From: a virus
Taxonomy: Duplodnaviria; Heunggongvirae; Uroviricota; Caudoviricetes
Virus record (IMG/VR): IMGVR_UViG_3300035698_019136
Coordinates: 35,573 to 99,572 of that record
Length of the DNA stretch: 64,000 nt
Strand: one strand, 5' to 3'
The notes beneath the pieces were generated by a model. The model made no database searches, was not told where the DNA came from, and was given only the letters and a program-made list of their open reading frames with translations. Shown one piece after another: positions 46,914 through 57,415 of this stretch (its first letter is position 1; the number at the start of each line of letters is the position of its first letter). Made by a program: the position numbers and the translations under genes.

Positions 46914-47560
46914 TAATAGGAGCACCAAGAAGTGGGACATTATATATTGCTCATTTAATGCATAGAATAGGAATAGATATTAAACATGAAGATATGGGGA
47001 AGGATGGAATGGTAGATTGGGAAGCTACTTTTTGGGATAAAAAGCCTCCTTATGTACCAACATTACAAAATATGTTTGTATCAGATTTTGATATAGTATT
47101 TCATCAAACAAGATATCCTATTCCGACAATAGAATCTATGCATATTATTAATAAAAGGAATTGGGGTAAAGCGAGAGCTTGCGTAAAAGAAATGAATGAG
47201 AAAGATTCTTTGTTATTGTCTTGTATGAAATTTTATTATTACTATAATTTGAAAGCTGGGGAAATAGCTAGGTATCAATATAAAATAGAAGATATAAATA
47301 ATGTTATAATTTCTATGTTGAGATTAATGGAATATAAATTAAGTTCTAGAGTAGAAAATAAACTCCATGAATTTATTTCTAAGAGTTCAACTATTATACA
47401 TAGTTTAAGACATATAAGATTTAAAGAGAAGGACAAACCTCAGTATGGGGAAGTTACTTGGGGGTCAATGGAACAAGAAGATTTTGAATTAGCAAGGAAA
47501 ATAAAAGTAATGGCTAGAAATTATGGGTATATTATTGGGGAAAAACAAAATGAAAAATAA
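46895..47560 (+). CDS. sulfotransferase-domain protein candidate
   Basis: N-terminal LIIGAPRSGT resembles the 5'-PSB loop (PKSGTT) of sulfotransferases. Confidence 0.45.
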   Translation: MGKKTLIIGAPRSGTLYIAHLMHRIGIDIKHEDMGKDGMVDWEATFWDKKPPYVPTLQNMFVSDFDIVFHQTRYPIPTIESMHIINKRNWGKARACVKEMNEKDSLLLSCMKFYYYYNLKAGEIARYQYKIEDINNVIISMLRLMEYKLSSRVENKLHEFISKSSTIIHSLRHIRFKEKDKPQYGEVTWGSMEQEDFELARKIKVMARNYGYIIGEKQNEK

Positions 47561-48476
47561 GGAGAAACTTTTAATTGTTTGGTTAGGAGAATTTGGGTGG
47601 GAATTTATCTCTTTTATTCCCATGTTAAAAGAATATCTCAAATCTAATTTTTTAGATCGGGAAATATTGGTCGCTTCTTATAGAGGAAGGGAGATTTTGT
47701 ATAGAGGTATTTATGATAAATTTATCCCTATAGATTTAACTGAAGAAGAAGCAAACAGTATAAATGTTGGGAGATTAAATAATTTCTGGTTGCCAAATAA
47801 GGAGTATGATAGTAAATCAAGACCTGAAAAACTATTCCATTTGCAAGTTGGTAGAAATATATGTTTAAGAATAATAGAAAGTTTAGAATGGGGGGAGAAT
47901 GATAAAATATTTACATTGCATGGACTTCAAAATAGAAAATATATAGATTCAGGAAGAGGAATTTTTGAGCATGTTAAAAGTTCTAATTTTAGTATAGAAG
48001 ATGACAAAATAAAAAATGGGGAATATATAGTATTATTTCCTAGAGATTTGTCAGGAGAAGTGAATAGCACTATAAAGGTATATATGAAAGAAGTATGGGA
48101 GGGAATAGTAGAATTGCTAATTTCTTCTGGTCTTGATGTATATTATTATTCCCATAACACAGCTGGAAAAGCTTTTTATGATATAAAACAGGCTAAAAAA
48201 ATTAATGATCTTCCTCAGCACACTAAAGATAATTCAGTTGATTTACAGTTTTATTTAGCTAAACATGCTAAATGTATTTTAGGATCACAAACAGGGGCAT
48301 TTCATATGGGAGTATTTGCTCCTGCTAAGAAGATGGTGGGGTTTTATTATTCTGGTGGATTTATGGATTTACCTTGGGTATGGAAATTAATAGATAAAGA
48401 TAAAGTGAGATTATTTGATTTTAGTTATGATTCTAATGTAGTATTAAATTTAATAAAAAAGGAAGTAATAGAATGA
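47523..48476 (+). CDS. hypothetical protein
   Basis: 317-aa ORF in the island with no recognised motif. Confidence 0.3.
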   Translation: MGILLGKNKMKNKEKLLIVWLGEFGWEFISFIPMLKEYLKSNFLDREILVASYRGREILYRGIYDKFIPIDLTEEEANSINVGRLNNFWLPNKEYDSKSRPEKLFHLQVGRNICLRIIESLEWGENDKIFTLHGLQNRKYIDSGRGIFEHVKSSNFSIEDDKIKNGEYIVLFPRDLSGEVNSTIKVYMKEVWEGIVELLISSGLDVYYYSHNTAGKAFYDIKQAKKINDLPQHTKDNSVDLQFYLAKHAKCILGSQTGAFHMGVFAPAKKMVGFYYSGGFMDLPWVWKLIDKDKVRLFDFSYDSNVVLNLIKKEVIE

Positions 48477-49105
48477 AAACTATAACAGATGAATTTCATG
48501 GAATATTTTATAATTCAAAAACCACCTGGGAACAAACATATTGGAAAGGGATTAGAATATTAAAAAATCCTTTGGATTTATGGGTATTCCAAGAAATTAT
48601 TTGGAAGACAAGACCTGATTTAATTATAGAGACAGGGACAGGAATTGGAGGGAGTTCTTTTTTCTTTTTAGATATTATGAAAGGTTATGGGGGAGGGAAA
48701 GTTATTACAATAGATATTCAACCAAGATATGTATTTGACAATGCCATAAAATTTATACAGGGGTCTTCTATTTCAGAGGAAGTAATTAAGCAAGTAAAAG
48801 AATTAATATCGGATTATAGAAACTCTAAAATAATGGTAGTTTTAGATTCACGACATGAACAACCTCATGTTTTAAAAGAATTAGAATTATACAGTCCTTT
48901 TGTTTCTAAAGAATGTTATTTAGTAGTAGAAGATTCTAATATTAAAGGACATCCTATATTACCAAAAATAAAAGAAGAGGGTGGGCCATGGGAAGCAATT
49001 CAAGAATTTATGAAAAAAAATCAAGATTTTATTATAGATAAGTATTGTGAAAGATATATGTTATCTTTTAATCCTAATGGGTATTTAAAAAAAGTGGGGG
49101 AGTAG
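48473..49105 (+). CDS. CmcI-family (cephalosporin hydroxylase / rhamnosyl O-methyltransferase-like) SAM methyltransferase
   Basis: LIIETGTGIGGSSFFF and VITIDI motifs. Confidence 0.55.
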   Translation: MKTITDEFHGIFYNSKTTWEQTYWKGIRILKNPLDLWVFQEIIWKTRPDLIIETGTGIGGSSFFFLDIMKGYGGGKVITIDIQPRYVFDNAIKFIQGSSISEEVIKQVKELISDYRNSKIMVVLDSRHEQPHVLKELELYSPFVSKECYLVVEDSNIKGHPILPKIKEEGGPWEAIQEFMKKNQDFIIDKYCERYMLSFNPNGYLKKVGE

Positions 49106-49167
49106 CTTAATGGAAAGCCCCGAATTGTATCGGGAAGTTGCAGGTTCGAATCCTGCCTCCTCCACCA
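49096..49167 (+). tRNA. tRNA (anticodon region ATTGTAT: UGU/Thr if canonical) with atypical anticodon arm
   Basis: Hand-folded. The 7-bp acceptor stem GGGGGAG/CTCCTCC includes one G-T pair, followed by discriminator A and an encoded CCA. D stem GCTT/AAGC. T arm GCAGG-TTCGAAT-CCTGC. Confidence 0.65.
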
Positions 49168-49186
49168 AAATAAATAGGAGGTTAAA

Positions 49187-50080
49187 ATGAGAATATTAGT
49201 TGTTATGGCCACACACAATGAAGTTGATTTCATCGATAAAAATTTAAGAACTCTTTTGCCTTATGTGGATAAAATAGCAGTTTCTACCACTAATCATTTA
49301 ACTGGATATAATTCTACTGATGGAACAGAGCAGAAGTTAGAGTATTTCATGGATACTGAAGATAAAGAACATAAGATAATATACAGAGACCCTAAAAAAT
49401 ATTTAGAATATATTAGTGTAAGCAATGTCTATGATAAAAATGAAGCTGTTTTAAAAACTGATTTAATGGTCATGATGGACCCAGAAGAAGGGGATTGGAT
49501 ATGGGTTGTAGATGCAGATGAATTTTATAGTGAATGGCAATTAGAAAGATTAAGAAGTAGATATTTATTAAATCACCAAGCTCTTCAGTATAATAAGCAT
49601 TGTCTAATGGTATCGGCTATGGTGTTTGCTTATAATACAAGTAATTTTTATTTTTCTAGGCATGGAAGATTTTTTAGATATAAAAAAGGGTCTTATTTTA
49701 ATTTGGCTAATCATTTTACATGGGATGGAGGGGAGCCTGTGTATGGGGATAAGTATGGTTGGGAGATACCTCATTCATATTTAAATATGTATCATATGAG
49801 GTATGTACGAAGTTCAATAGATAGATTAAGAAATAGATATGTGTATAGACAGGACAAAGCAGGTATGAAGAAATTAAAGTGGTTTGACGAAGTTTTTATG
49901 CATTACCCAATAAATCATATAGAAGCTATGGGAAGAAATGAGGAATTATGTGGAGCAAGAGTTTTTGATTCTCCTTTAGGAGGGGAACTCCGTTCTATAA
50001 TAGATCCCCATTTACCAAATGAATTAAAAAATTTAGACATAAATTTATGGAAAAAAATTAGAGAGGAGAAAAAATGGTAA
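49187..50080 (+). CDS. GT2-like (GT-A) glycosyltransferase candidate
   Basis: MRILVVMATHNE... with a DxD-like VVDADEFY. Confidence 0.45.
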   Translation: MRILVVMATHNEVDFIDKNLRTLLPYVDKIAVSTTNHLTGYNSTDGTEQKLEYFMDTEDKEHKIIYRDPKKYLEYISVSNVYDKNEAVLKTDLMVMMDPEEGDWIWVVDADEFYSEWQLERLRSRYLLNHQALQYNKHCLMVSAMVFAYNTSNFYFSRHGRFFRYKKGSYFNLANHFTWDGGEPVYGDKYGWEIPHSYLNMYHMRYVRSSIDRLRNRYVYRQDKAGMKKLKWFDEVFMHYPINHIEAMGRNEELCGARVFDSPLGGELRSIIDPHLPNELKNLDINLWKKIREEKKW

Positions 50081-50346
50081 GAACAAAATCTCAAATACTA
50101 ATAAAAGCAACAGTGAAATTCAAGAAAGAGAGAATAGAAATATTAGAAAGTAATATTCTTGATAGTTTAAAAGAAATAGAAAAAACAAAAAAAACAATTG
50201 GTGAACTTAACTATTTAGATAGTAGAGATAAACAAGTTTTGGAAGCACATATAATAAGTAGAAAAGGATATATAAATATTTGTATGGATAAAATAATAAG
50301 AATAGAGAAGGAGGAGATAAAAAATGAAAATAGCATTACTGAGTGA
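50074..50346 (+). CDS. small coiled-coil protein
   Basis: K/E-rich ORF. Confidence 0.3.
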   Translation: MVRTKSQILIKATVKFKKERIEILESNILDSLKEIEKTKKTIGELNYLDSRDKQVLEAHIISRKGYINICMDKIIRIEKEEIKNENSITE

Positions 50347-51223
50347 TTACCCATCACAACCTACAAAGACTTTGGCAGATAATATAAAAAAGCATAGTAA
50401 ACATGAAGTAGTATTATATCATAGATTTGCTAATATTGAGAGAATAGAAGCTGACGTAATATATTATTTTAATATATTAGATGTTCTTCTTCATGATGAA
50501 GCTTATGAGCAGATAAAAAAAACAGGTAAGAAAATATGTAGCACAGTTCATAGTTGGAGATATATTCATCATAATGATTTGGTGCAGAAAATGGAGTGGA
50601 TAAAAGATAAAATATTTGTTCTAAGTGCGGTGAATAAAGAGTTGTTAAAAAATATGAAGTTTGACGGTAAAAAAATGATAACTCATACAGCTCCAGATGA
50701 TAGATTTTTTAGAGAAGTTGAACCTGTTTCTACTAAAGGAAAATTAAAAGTGGGGTATGTAGGAACATTTAGAGTTTGTAAAAGGTATGAAGTAGTTTTG
50801 AAGCCTGTGCTGGAAAAATTAGATTCTATTTTGGAAGTAACGATTTATGGCAATGCAGGTGATACTATTCCTCATATTCGAATGGTTCAAGCATATAATG
50901 GTATGGATGTTCTTTTAATGCCTAGCAGAGATGAGGGGTGTTCTTTACCACCGCTAGAAGCTGCTTTATGTGGAAGAGCTACTTTGGGAACAGATTGTGG
51001 AGCATTAAAGGAGATATTTTCATCTCAAAGTTCTTTTCTTTTTCCTAGCATAGATGAAGAGGGTTCTTCTAAAGCATTATTTGAAGAAGCGTTAGTAGAT
51101 TTATATAGTCATAGGATGGATGCTATGGTAAAAGGAAAATGGGCGAAAGATATAATTCATAATACTTGGACTTGGGAAAAGAAAATAAAACAATATGACA
51201 CTATGTTTGAGGAAACGATATGA
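50324..51223 (+). CDS. GT4-like glycosyltransferase
   Basis: DVLLMPSRDEGCSLPPLEAALCGRATLGTDCGALKE (E-x7-E region). Confidence 0.55.
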   Translation: MKIALLSDYPSQPTKTLADNIKKHSKHEVVLYHRFANIERIEADVIYYFNILDVLLHDEAYEQIKKTGKKICSTVHSWRYIHHNDLVQKMEWIKDKIFVLSAVNKELLKNMKFDGKKMITHTAPDDRFFREVEPVSTKGKLKVGYVGTFRVCKRYEVVLKPVLEKLDSILEVTIYGNAGDTIPHIRMVQAYNGMDVLLMPSRDEGCSLPPLEAALCGRATLGTDCGALKEIFSSQSSFLFPSIDEEGSSKALFEEALVDLYSHRMDAMVKGKWAKDIIHNTWTWEKKIKQYDTMFEETI

Positions 51224-51714
51224 ATGAAGTAGAGAGAGCTTTAAAGACTATTCAAAAACCAGATATGAATCCAAAGTGCGCTGATTTTATAAGGGATTAT
51301 GTGAAAAAGTATAATGTAAGGAATGTTTTAGAATTTGGTTCAGGTGGTTCTACTAAGTTATTTGAGTCTTTGAATTGTTTAGTAATTTCAGTTGAGCATA
51401 ATCCCACATATTATTTGGCAGTTCGGGAATTATGCAAATCAATCAGGGTATTTCCTATATTAGCAGTAGATTCAAAATCTTATTTTATAATGACTAAATT
51501 GATAAAGGATATGGATTTGGTATTTATAGATGGGATATTGAGAGAAGATATTATGGGAATGATGGTAGAAACTACTTCTAATTGGGATACGGTTATGGTT
51601 CATGATTCTGAAAGAAAAGAGTACCAACCTTATTTTAAAGGGTTTAAACGAATGGGGTGTAATATTATAGAATCGGGGGTTAATTTATTCGTATGCCAAA
51701 AGAAAAAAAAGTAA
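51220..51714 (+). CDS. methyltransferase-like protein
   Basis: VLEFGSGGSTKLF motif I-like and VFIDG. Confidence 0.4.
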   Translation: MNEVERALKTIQKPDMNPKCADFIRDYVKKYNVRNVLEFGSGGSTKLFESLNCLVISVEHNPTYYLAVRELCKSIRVFPILAVDSKSYFIMTKLIKDMDLVFIDGILREDIMGMMVETTSNWDTVMVHDSERKEYQPYFKGFKRMGCNIIESGVNLFVCQKKKK

Positions 51715-51862
51715 AAAAAATTAATCACAATTCGATATTTAGTCAGTTAGTAGGTGATGAAAGAAAGAAGAAAAATTTACGTGCTGTGCTAAAGCAGTTT
51801 GATAAATCATTAGATGATTATAGTTATTTATGGAGTGGTAAAAAACATTTATAGGAGGAAAT

Positions 51863-52957
51863 ATGAAAGAGTTAAGCCCATACAAGATTTTTAATTTTTC
51901 AGATAGTATAGATCAGATTAGATTTTTTGGGGATGGTTCACCAATATCAGCTGAAATTGACCCCATTAATTCTTGCAATCATCACTGTAAATTATGTTCA
52001 GATGGGAAAGCTACCCATGGGGGGGATAAGATGTCTTTGGAGGCAGCTACATCGATTATGACCCAATTAAAGGAAATGGGGGTAAAGAGTGTACTGTTTA
52101 AGGGTGGAGGGGAACCAACTTTGCATCCAGATTTTTCTTATTTTATTGAAGAGGCTTATGGGCAAGGATTTGAAATAGGAATGCTTACAAATGGTTCTTG
52201 TCTTAGTGAAGAAATAATAAGAGACTATATAGTTCCATATTGTTCATATATAAGAATTTCGTTAGATGCGGTAAATAGCAAAGGACATAGAGAATGGCAC
52301 AGGTCTAAATTTCCCTATGATTGGAATAGAATTATATATTATATAAATAATTTGGTTTGGGAGAAAGATCTCCAAGAAAAGCCTATAAAAATAGGAATTA
52401 ATATACTGTATGATCATACAACTTGTTATAATATGTCTGAGGGAGTTGCTTTAGGGGATGCTTTGGGTGTAGATATACTTTCATTCAGAAGAGCATTTAT
52501 AGAGCAATATGGACATTCAGAAAATAAATGGACACCAGAGTTATTAGAATTAGAGGAAGAAATAAAAAAAACAACAAAAGAATTAGTAAAAGATAAACAG
52601 ATATTGGATGGAATGAAAATGCATGTTATGTTTGATGCTAGTAGAGGAACAGAGATTGGCAATATGGCAGAAAAGGCTTTACCTAAATGTTTGGCTACCC
52701 CACTATTTGCTATTATATGTGCTGATCAAAAAGTATATCCTTGTTGTGATTTAAGGTATATGGAAGAATACTGTTATGGGGATTTAAAAACTCAGACTTT
52801 TGAAGAGATATGGAAAAGTGATAGGAGAAAAGAGATATTAAATAAATTAGTGATCCCAAAGAAATGTTTTAAGTATTGCACTCATAGATTTCAATACTAT
52901 AATGAAATTTTAAATTACTTAGATGACCCAGATAAACCACATGGAGGATTGCTATGA
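51863..52957 (+). CDS. radical SAM enzyme with SPASM/twitch-like Cys-rich C-terminal domain
   Basis: INSCNHHCKLC (CxxxCxxC) and FKGGGEPTLHP. The C-terminal segment CADQKVYPCCDL...C...C is Cys-rich. Confidence 0.7.
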   Translation: MKELSPYKIFNFSDSIDQIRFFGDGSPISAEIDPINSCNHHCKLCSDGKATHGGDKMSLEAATSIMTQLKEMGVKSVLFKGGGEPTLHPDFSYFIEEAYGQGFEIGMLTNGSCLSEEIIRDYIVPYCSYIRISLDAVNSKGHREWHRSKFPYDWNRIIYYINNLVWEKDLQEKPIKIGINILYDHTTCYNMSEGVALGDALGVDILSFRRAFIEQYGHSENKWTPELLELEEEIKKTTKELVKDKQILDGMKMHVMFDASRGTEIGNMAEKALPKCLATPLFAIICADQKVYPCCDLRYMEEYCYGDLKTQTFEEIWKSDRRKEILNKLVIPKKCFKYCTHRFQYYNEILNYLDDPDKPHGGLL

Positions 52958-53547
52958 AAGTTAGAATAAAGGAAGATAATATAATGAATCTTACTTGGCA
53001 CACATTAAAAGGAGATATGAAAGATCATTTAATAATGCTTTATGCTATAGCAGTAGGAATCCAGGCAAAAGAGATTGTTGAAGTGGGGGCAGGGGCAAGT
53101 ACTAAATATTTAACAAGTGCTGCTATTAAAACAAATGGGCATGTTACTACTATAGATATGGATAAAACATTTGAGGGATATGCAGAAATAGATCGTTGGA
53201 CTTTTTGGAATGGGGATTCAACAAAATTAGATTATTCATATTTTGAGACTCATCCAATAGATTTATTATTTATAGATGGGGATCATAGATATGGAATAGC
53301 AAAAATTGATTTTGAAAGACTTGGGAAGTATGTAAGAAAAAATGGATTTATTTGTTTTCATGATACTTTATATCCTATTAATAGTCCTTATGTGGCTGGG
53401 AAAGATTTTCCAAATGAGGATAAGCATTATGCCGCACCAGCAAAAGTTTTTTATAATGCTATTAAATCAGGTAAATATGAAGGGGTCATGTTCACATATT
53501 GCAATGGTTTAGGAGTTCTTAGAAAAATTATGGGGGAAGAGAAATGA
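52954..53547 (+). CDS. class I SAM methyltransferase (O-MTase/Methyltransf_24-like)
   Basis: IVEVGAGASTKYL then LLFIDGDHRY. Confidence 0.5.
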   Translation: MKVRIKEDNIMNLTWHTLKGDMKDHLIMLYAIAVGIQAKEIVEVGAGASTKYLTSAAIKTNGHVTTIDMDKTFEGYAEIDRWTFWNGDSTKLDYSYFETHPIDLLFIDGDHRYGIAKIDFERLGKYVRKNGFICFHDTLYPINSPYVAGKDFPNEDKHYAAPAKVFYNAIKSGKYEGVMFTYCNGLGVLRKIMGEEK

Positions 53548-54266
53548 AATTAGGAATAGCAATGAATGTTTATAATAAAGTAGATGATGTGGGGAGAAAT
53601 TGTTATCTTTGGAAAAAGAAATTTAAGACAGAAACGGTGATATCAGTATTTAGTAATGGTGTAAATTTTAAACCTTACGCAGAAGCTATGGAGTATTATG
53701 GATTTAAACCACAAGCTCCGAATGGGAAAAGAGCTGAAACTCCTTTGACAGTGATGGATGCTGCTAGACCTCTTTTAAATAGAAAGGATTTAGATTTTAT
53801 TCTTTGGATGCACTCTGATTATTTTTATCTTAATGAGGAAGTATTATTAAAGAAATTAGAGGAAATAAAAGATAAAAAATTAATGGGTGGGGCTCATTTA
53901 GATTGTCCTTGGTGTAAAGATGGTTCAGAATTCTATGGTATAAAAAGGACGATGGGGGATGTGAGAGCTGTATCAGCATATTGTGTAATTCTTACTCCTG
54001 AATTTATGAGAGAATATGATTTTGTTAATATGGAACCTTTTAAATCTATTCCAGGAACTAATACTCAAGATGGGGGTACGGCAGATACTTGGACATCTTA
54101 TTTTTATAAGGTACTTGGGGAAAGTTGGCAGGATATGATTTTAGATTTTCCGAAGCATGGTCCAGATGAAACAATAAGTGAAAATTCATGGTTTCCTGAT
54201 GTGCATATGATTCATACACATGTAGAAGACAGAGATAAATATATCTTATCAAATGATTGGAGGTAA
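53544..54266 (+). CDS. hypothetical protein
   Basis: ORF in island. Confidence 0.3.
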   Translation: MKLGIAMNVYNKVDDVGRNCYLWKKKFKTETVISVFSNGVNFKPYAEAMEYYGFKPQAPNGKRAETPLTVMDAARPLLNRKDLDFILWMHSDYFYLNEEVLLKKLEEIKDKKLMGGAHLDCPWCKDGSEFYGIKRTMGDVRAVSAYCVILTPEFMREYDFVNMEPFKSIPGTNTQDGGTADTWTSYFYKVLGESWQDMILDFPKHGPDETISENSWFPDVHMIHTHVEDRDKYILSNDWR

Positions 54267-54269
54267 AAG

Positions 54270-55046
54270 GTGAAAATAATTTCGATAATAGCAGGGTATG
54301 AAAATGCAGATGTACTTCCATTTGCAGCACAGATACCATTGGAGATATCAGAGAGAGTAATATTTGTGGATGGAATTAGACCTGTTATTAAGAGGGAGAA
54401 TCCTAGAATAGAATGGTTTAAACACACTGATAAATCTTATAGTCAAGATGGGACTGCGAGAATGTGCAAGAAATTAGGAATTGATTATATTCATTCAAAT
54501 CAGCCTCTTTATAATGGAGAAAAGATTCGGCATGGATTAAACTTTTATAAAGAAGATTATAAAGCTTATTTGTATTTAGAAGCAGATGAGGCATTAGAAC
54601 CTGATGATAAAGATTTAATAGTAGATTATATAGAGAAAGCTAAGGCTAGATTTAGTTCTTTTGATTTAATACAGCTTTGGAAAGATTATACAGGGTTTAA
54701 AGTTTCTTTTTCTTGTTCAAAATTAGTTTCAGATTTAGATTACAAATTCTCTGTTAGAGATGAGGGACATAATGCGGGGGAGGTCATAAGGATAGCTTTT
54801 AATAATGTTATACCCGCTAGAATGTATCATCTCCATATGTTTAGAGAGAAAGCATTGAAGAGGGTATATAATATTGAAGGGGAGGATACTTGGAGAGGAG
54901 GGGGAGATGGAGGAGGCTTAAAAATTGATAAAGCTAAATTCAAGTTGGATAGAACTAAGTTTTTAGATGATATTTATAGTACTTTGGAGATTCAAGATAA
55001 AGAAGATTTAAATGAAAAGATAAATACATATGTGGGGGAGTTATGA
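54270..55046 (+). CDS. hypothetical protein (possible GT-A-like)
   Basis: GTG start after GGAGGTAAAAG; weak DxD-like EADE. Confidence 0.3.
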   Translation: MKIISIIAGYENADVLPFAAQIPLEISERVIFVDGIRPVIKRENPRIEWFKHTDKSYSQDGTARMCKKLGIDYIHSNQPLYNGEKIRHGLNFYKEDYKAYLYLEADEALEPDDKDLIVDYIEKAKARFSSFDLIQLWKDYTGFKVSFSCSKLVSDLDYKFSVRDEGHNAGEVIRIAFNNVIPARMYHLHMFREKALKRVYNIEGEDTWRGGGDGGGLKIDKAKFKLDRTKFLDDIYSTLEIQDKEDLNEKINTYVGEL

Positions 55047-55630
55047 GAAATTTAATTTTAGTTCCTCATCAAGATGATGAGATGGTTGGTTGTTATTCTC
55101 TTATGAAATTATTGGGGGGAGAGGTGTCAGTAGCAGTGGTTTTTAAAGGTGGGGGGCAACCAAAAGATGAAGTATTAGATGAGGAAAGGTTATTTCATTT
55201 AAGATGTCAAGAAACTATGGATGCTTGTAGGGAGTTAGGAGTAAAGGAGTATGATTTTTTGTCTATTCCTAGAGGAACAAAGTTTAATGAAGTTAAAAGT
55301 TTAGTTAGAGATTATTTGAAATGGAAAAAACCTGTAAATATATTTACTACATATCCTTATGATAATCATCAAGAGCATATGATTTTGGGTAAGATTATTA
55401 AACAATTAACTAAAAAATATCAGAGAGCATATGGATTTATAGTTCAAACTGATTACCTTAAAGATTTTGCAAGTCAGCATTACCCAGATATTCGATTTAA
55501 ATTGAATACAAGTGAATTAGGAGAAAGACAACGGTTAATATGTATGTACAAAACTCAGTCTCATTTTTTACCTAATATTATAAAAAGACCTGAATATGAA
55601 TTTGAAAGGTATTGGAGGATAACTAAATGA
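55043..55630 (+). CDS. PIG-L/LmbE-like deacetylase (second copy)
   Basis: LILVPHQDDEMVG matches the xHPDDE signature. Confidence 0.55.
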   Translation: MRNLILVPHQDDEMVGCYSLMKLLGGEVSVAVVFKGGGQPKDEVLDEERLFHLRCQETMDACRELGVKEYDFLSIPRGTKFNEVKSLVRDYLKWKKPVNIFTTYPYDNHQEHMILGKIIKQLTKKYQRAYGFIVQTDYLKDFASQHYPDIRFKLNTSELGERQRLICMYKTQSHFLPNIIKRPEYEFERYWRITK

Positions 55631-55802
55631 GCCATAAAGGAGAAATATATGAATATAAGCAGGATGCTGAGGATTATTCCTTTAATTGTTGCCCAGTATG
55701 TGATGAACGATTATGGGTTGGTTCTGTGATTCATTATTATAGTTGCAGTAAATGTGGATTAATATTTAAAGCAATAGAATACAAAATGAAATTGGAGGTC
55801 CA

Positions 55803-56579
55803 ATGAGCCATACAGTATCATTTGCAATTCCTATAGCTCCCAGATGTAGAATAGATTATTGGGACAAGGCTATGGATAATCTGAATAGAACATTAAATTC
55901 TATAGAGAATCAGACTTCAGATTCTTATAAAATATACTTGATAAAATATTATGATACAAATGATAAGCTAAGATTAGATAAAAAGTATAAAAATCTTTCA
56001 ATTTTAAATGTGTCTACTTTACATGAGTTTTCAGAAGATAAGGATGACAAAACGAAACTGGCTTTGCAGATGCATTATAAAGATGGGGGAATATATTTCT
56101 TTAGACTTGATTGGGACGATCTAGTACATCAAGGATTAGTAGAGCATATTGAAGAAAATCCTTATACTCATGGGTGGATGATAGCTCAAGGGTATTTTTA
56201 TAGACCTTCTGATAATGCAGTTATCCCCTTTGATAATTATTGGGCGCAGTGTGGCAGTTCATATGCGATAAACTATAGTGATATTGAATGCAGATTTGGG
56301 CCTATTGAAGGATTCCACCATCAAAAAATTCCTATGTTTCGAAAGAATTTAGGGAAGCCGTTGAAAATTGTCCCCTTTTTTGCTGGAATGTATACAGTTC
56401 ATGGAGATAATATTAGCACACCTAAACACGAAAGAATATTGAAAGATGTTGCTTGGATGCCTATACAAGCAATAGAAGGGCTGGCTAAGACTTTTGGATT
56501 GACAAAAGACTATGATGATTCATTTAAGAAAAAAGCGTTAGCAGATTATATAAAATATTATCAGATAAAAGGAGGATAA
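55803..56579 (+). CDS. hypothetical protein
   Basis: ORF in island. Confidence 0.3.
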   Translation: MSHTVSFAIPIAPRCRIDYWDKAMDNLNRTLNSIENQTSDSYKIYLIKYYDTNDKLRLDKKYKNLSILNVSTLHEFSEDKDDKTKLALQMHYKDGGIYFFRLDWDDLVHQGLVEHIEENPYTHGWMIAQGYFYRPSDNAVIPFDNYWAQCGSSYAINYSDIECRFGPIEGFHHQKIPMFRKNLGKPLKIVPFFAGMYTVHGDNISTPKHERILKDVAWMPIQAIEGLAKTFGLTKDYDDSFKKKALADYIKYYQIKGG

Positions 56580-56584
56580 TTAGT

Positions 56585-57415
56585 ATGAGCAAAGTAGATA
56601 TAATAATCCCAACATATAATAGATTAGAATTTTTAAAGAATTGTACGAGAAGTCTTTGGTACAAAACAAAAATAGATTATAGATTATTTATAATAGATGA
56701 TTGTAGTAATGATGGAACAGCAGAATGGCTAGCTAATTTAAATCATCCTAAATTGGAGACTGTAGTATTAAATAAAAAGAGAAGAGGACTTACATACAAT
56801 TTTGATGCTTTGTATGATTTTGTACAGAACATGAATTGGTACTATGGGTCTGAATCTGAGTATCTTTGTTTATTACAAGATGATACAGAAATAATGGCAG
56901 AAGGATGGTTAAATAAATTAATTTGTTGGTATACAGAGTTGCAAGAAACTTCTCATCATAGAATTGGTTTTTTTTCAGGCCATCATGCTCCTGAACATCC
57001 TACTATTGAAGAATATTCTATTGCCAAAATTAAAAAATCCATGCGGGCTACTAATATAATTGCTACGTGGTCTCACTGGAAAAGTATAGGAAAAGTACCA
57101 AGATTACAGCCAAATGGAAGTGAGAGGGGCTTTCCCTCAGCTCCCTATGTCCCTAAATGGGGGGAAGAAAATAAGGGGGTAGGCTTTGCTACGACATATG
57201 ATCCTAAGAAGAGAGGGCAAGGTTCAAATTTAGACATTTTTTTAACTGGCTGTCAGAGTCAAGGAAAAGTAGTAGATATGGGGAGAACAACAGAGAAAAG
57301 TAACTACCACCAGGGTATGGTCTGTATGGTAATTCCAGGACTTGTGAAGCATATGGCATGGAAAAAAGAAGATTCACTTTGGGAGAACACTAACATAGAA
57401 CAGGAGGTAGAATGA
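56585..57415 (+). CDS. GT2-family (GT-A) glycosyltransferase
   Basis: VDIIIPTYNRLEFL...LFIIDDCSNDGT, the classic GT2 N-terminus. Confidence 0.75.
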   Translation: MSKVDIIIPTYNRLEFLKNCTRSLWYKTKIDYRLFIIDDCSNDGTAEWLANLNHPKLETVVLNKKRRGLTYNFDALYDFVQNMNWYYGSESEYLCLLQDDTEIMAEGWLNKLICWYTELQETSHHRIGFFSGHHAPEHPTIEEYSIAKIKKSMRATNIIATWSHWKSIGKVPRLQPNGSERGFPSAPYVPKWGEENKGVGFATTYDPKKRGQGSNLDIFLTGCQSQGKVVDMGRTTEKSNYHQGMVCMVIPGLVKHMAWKKEDSLWENTNIEQEVE

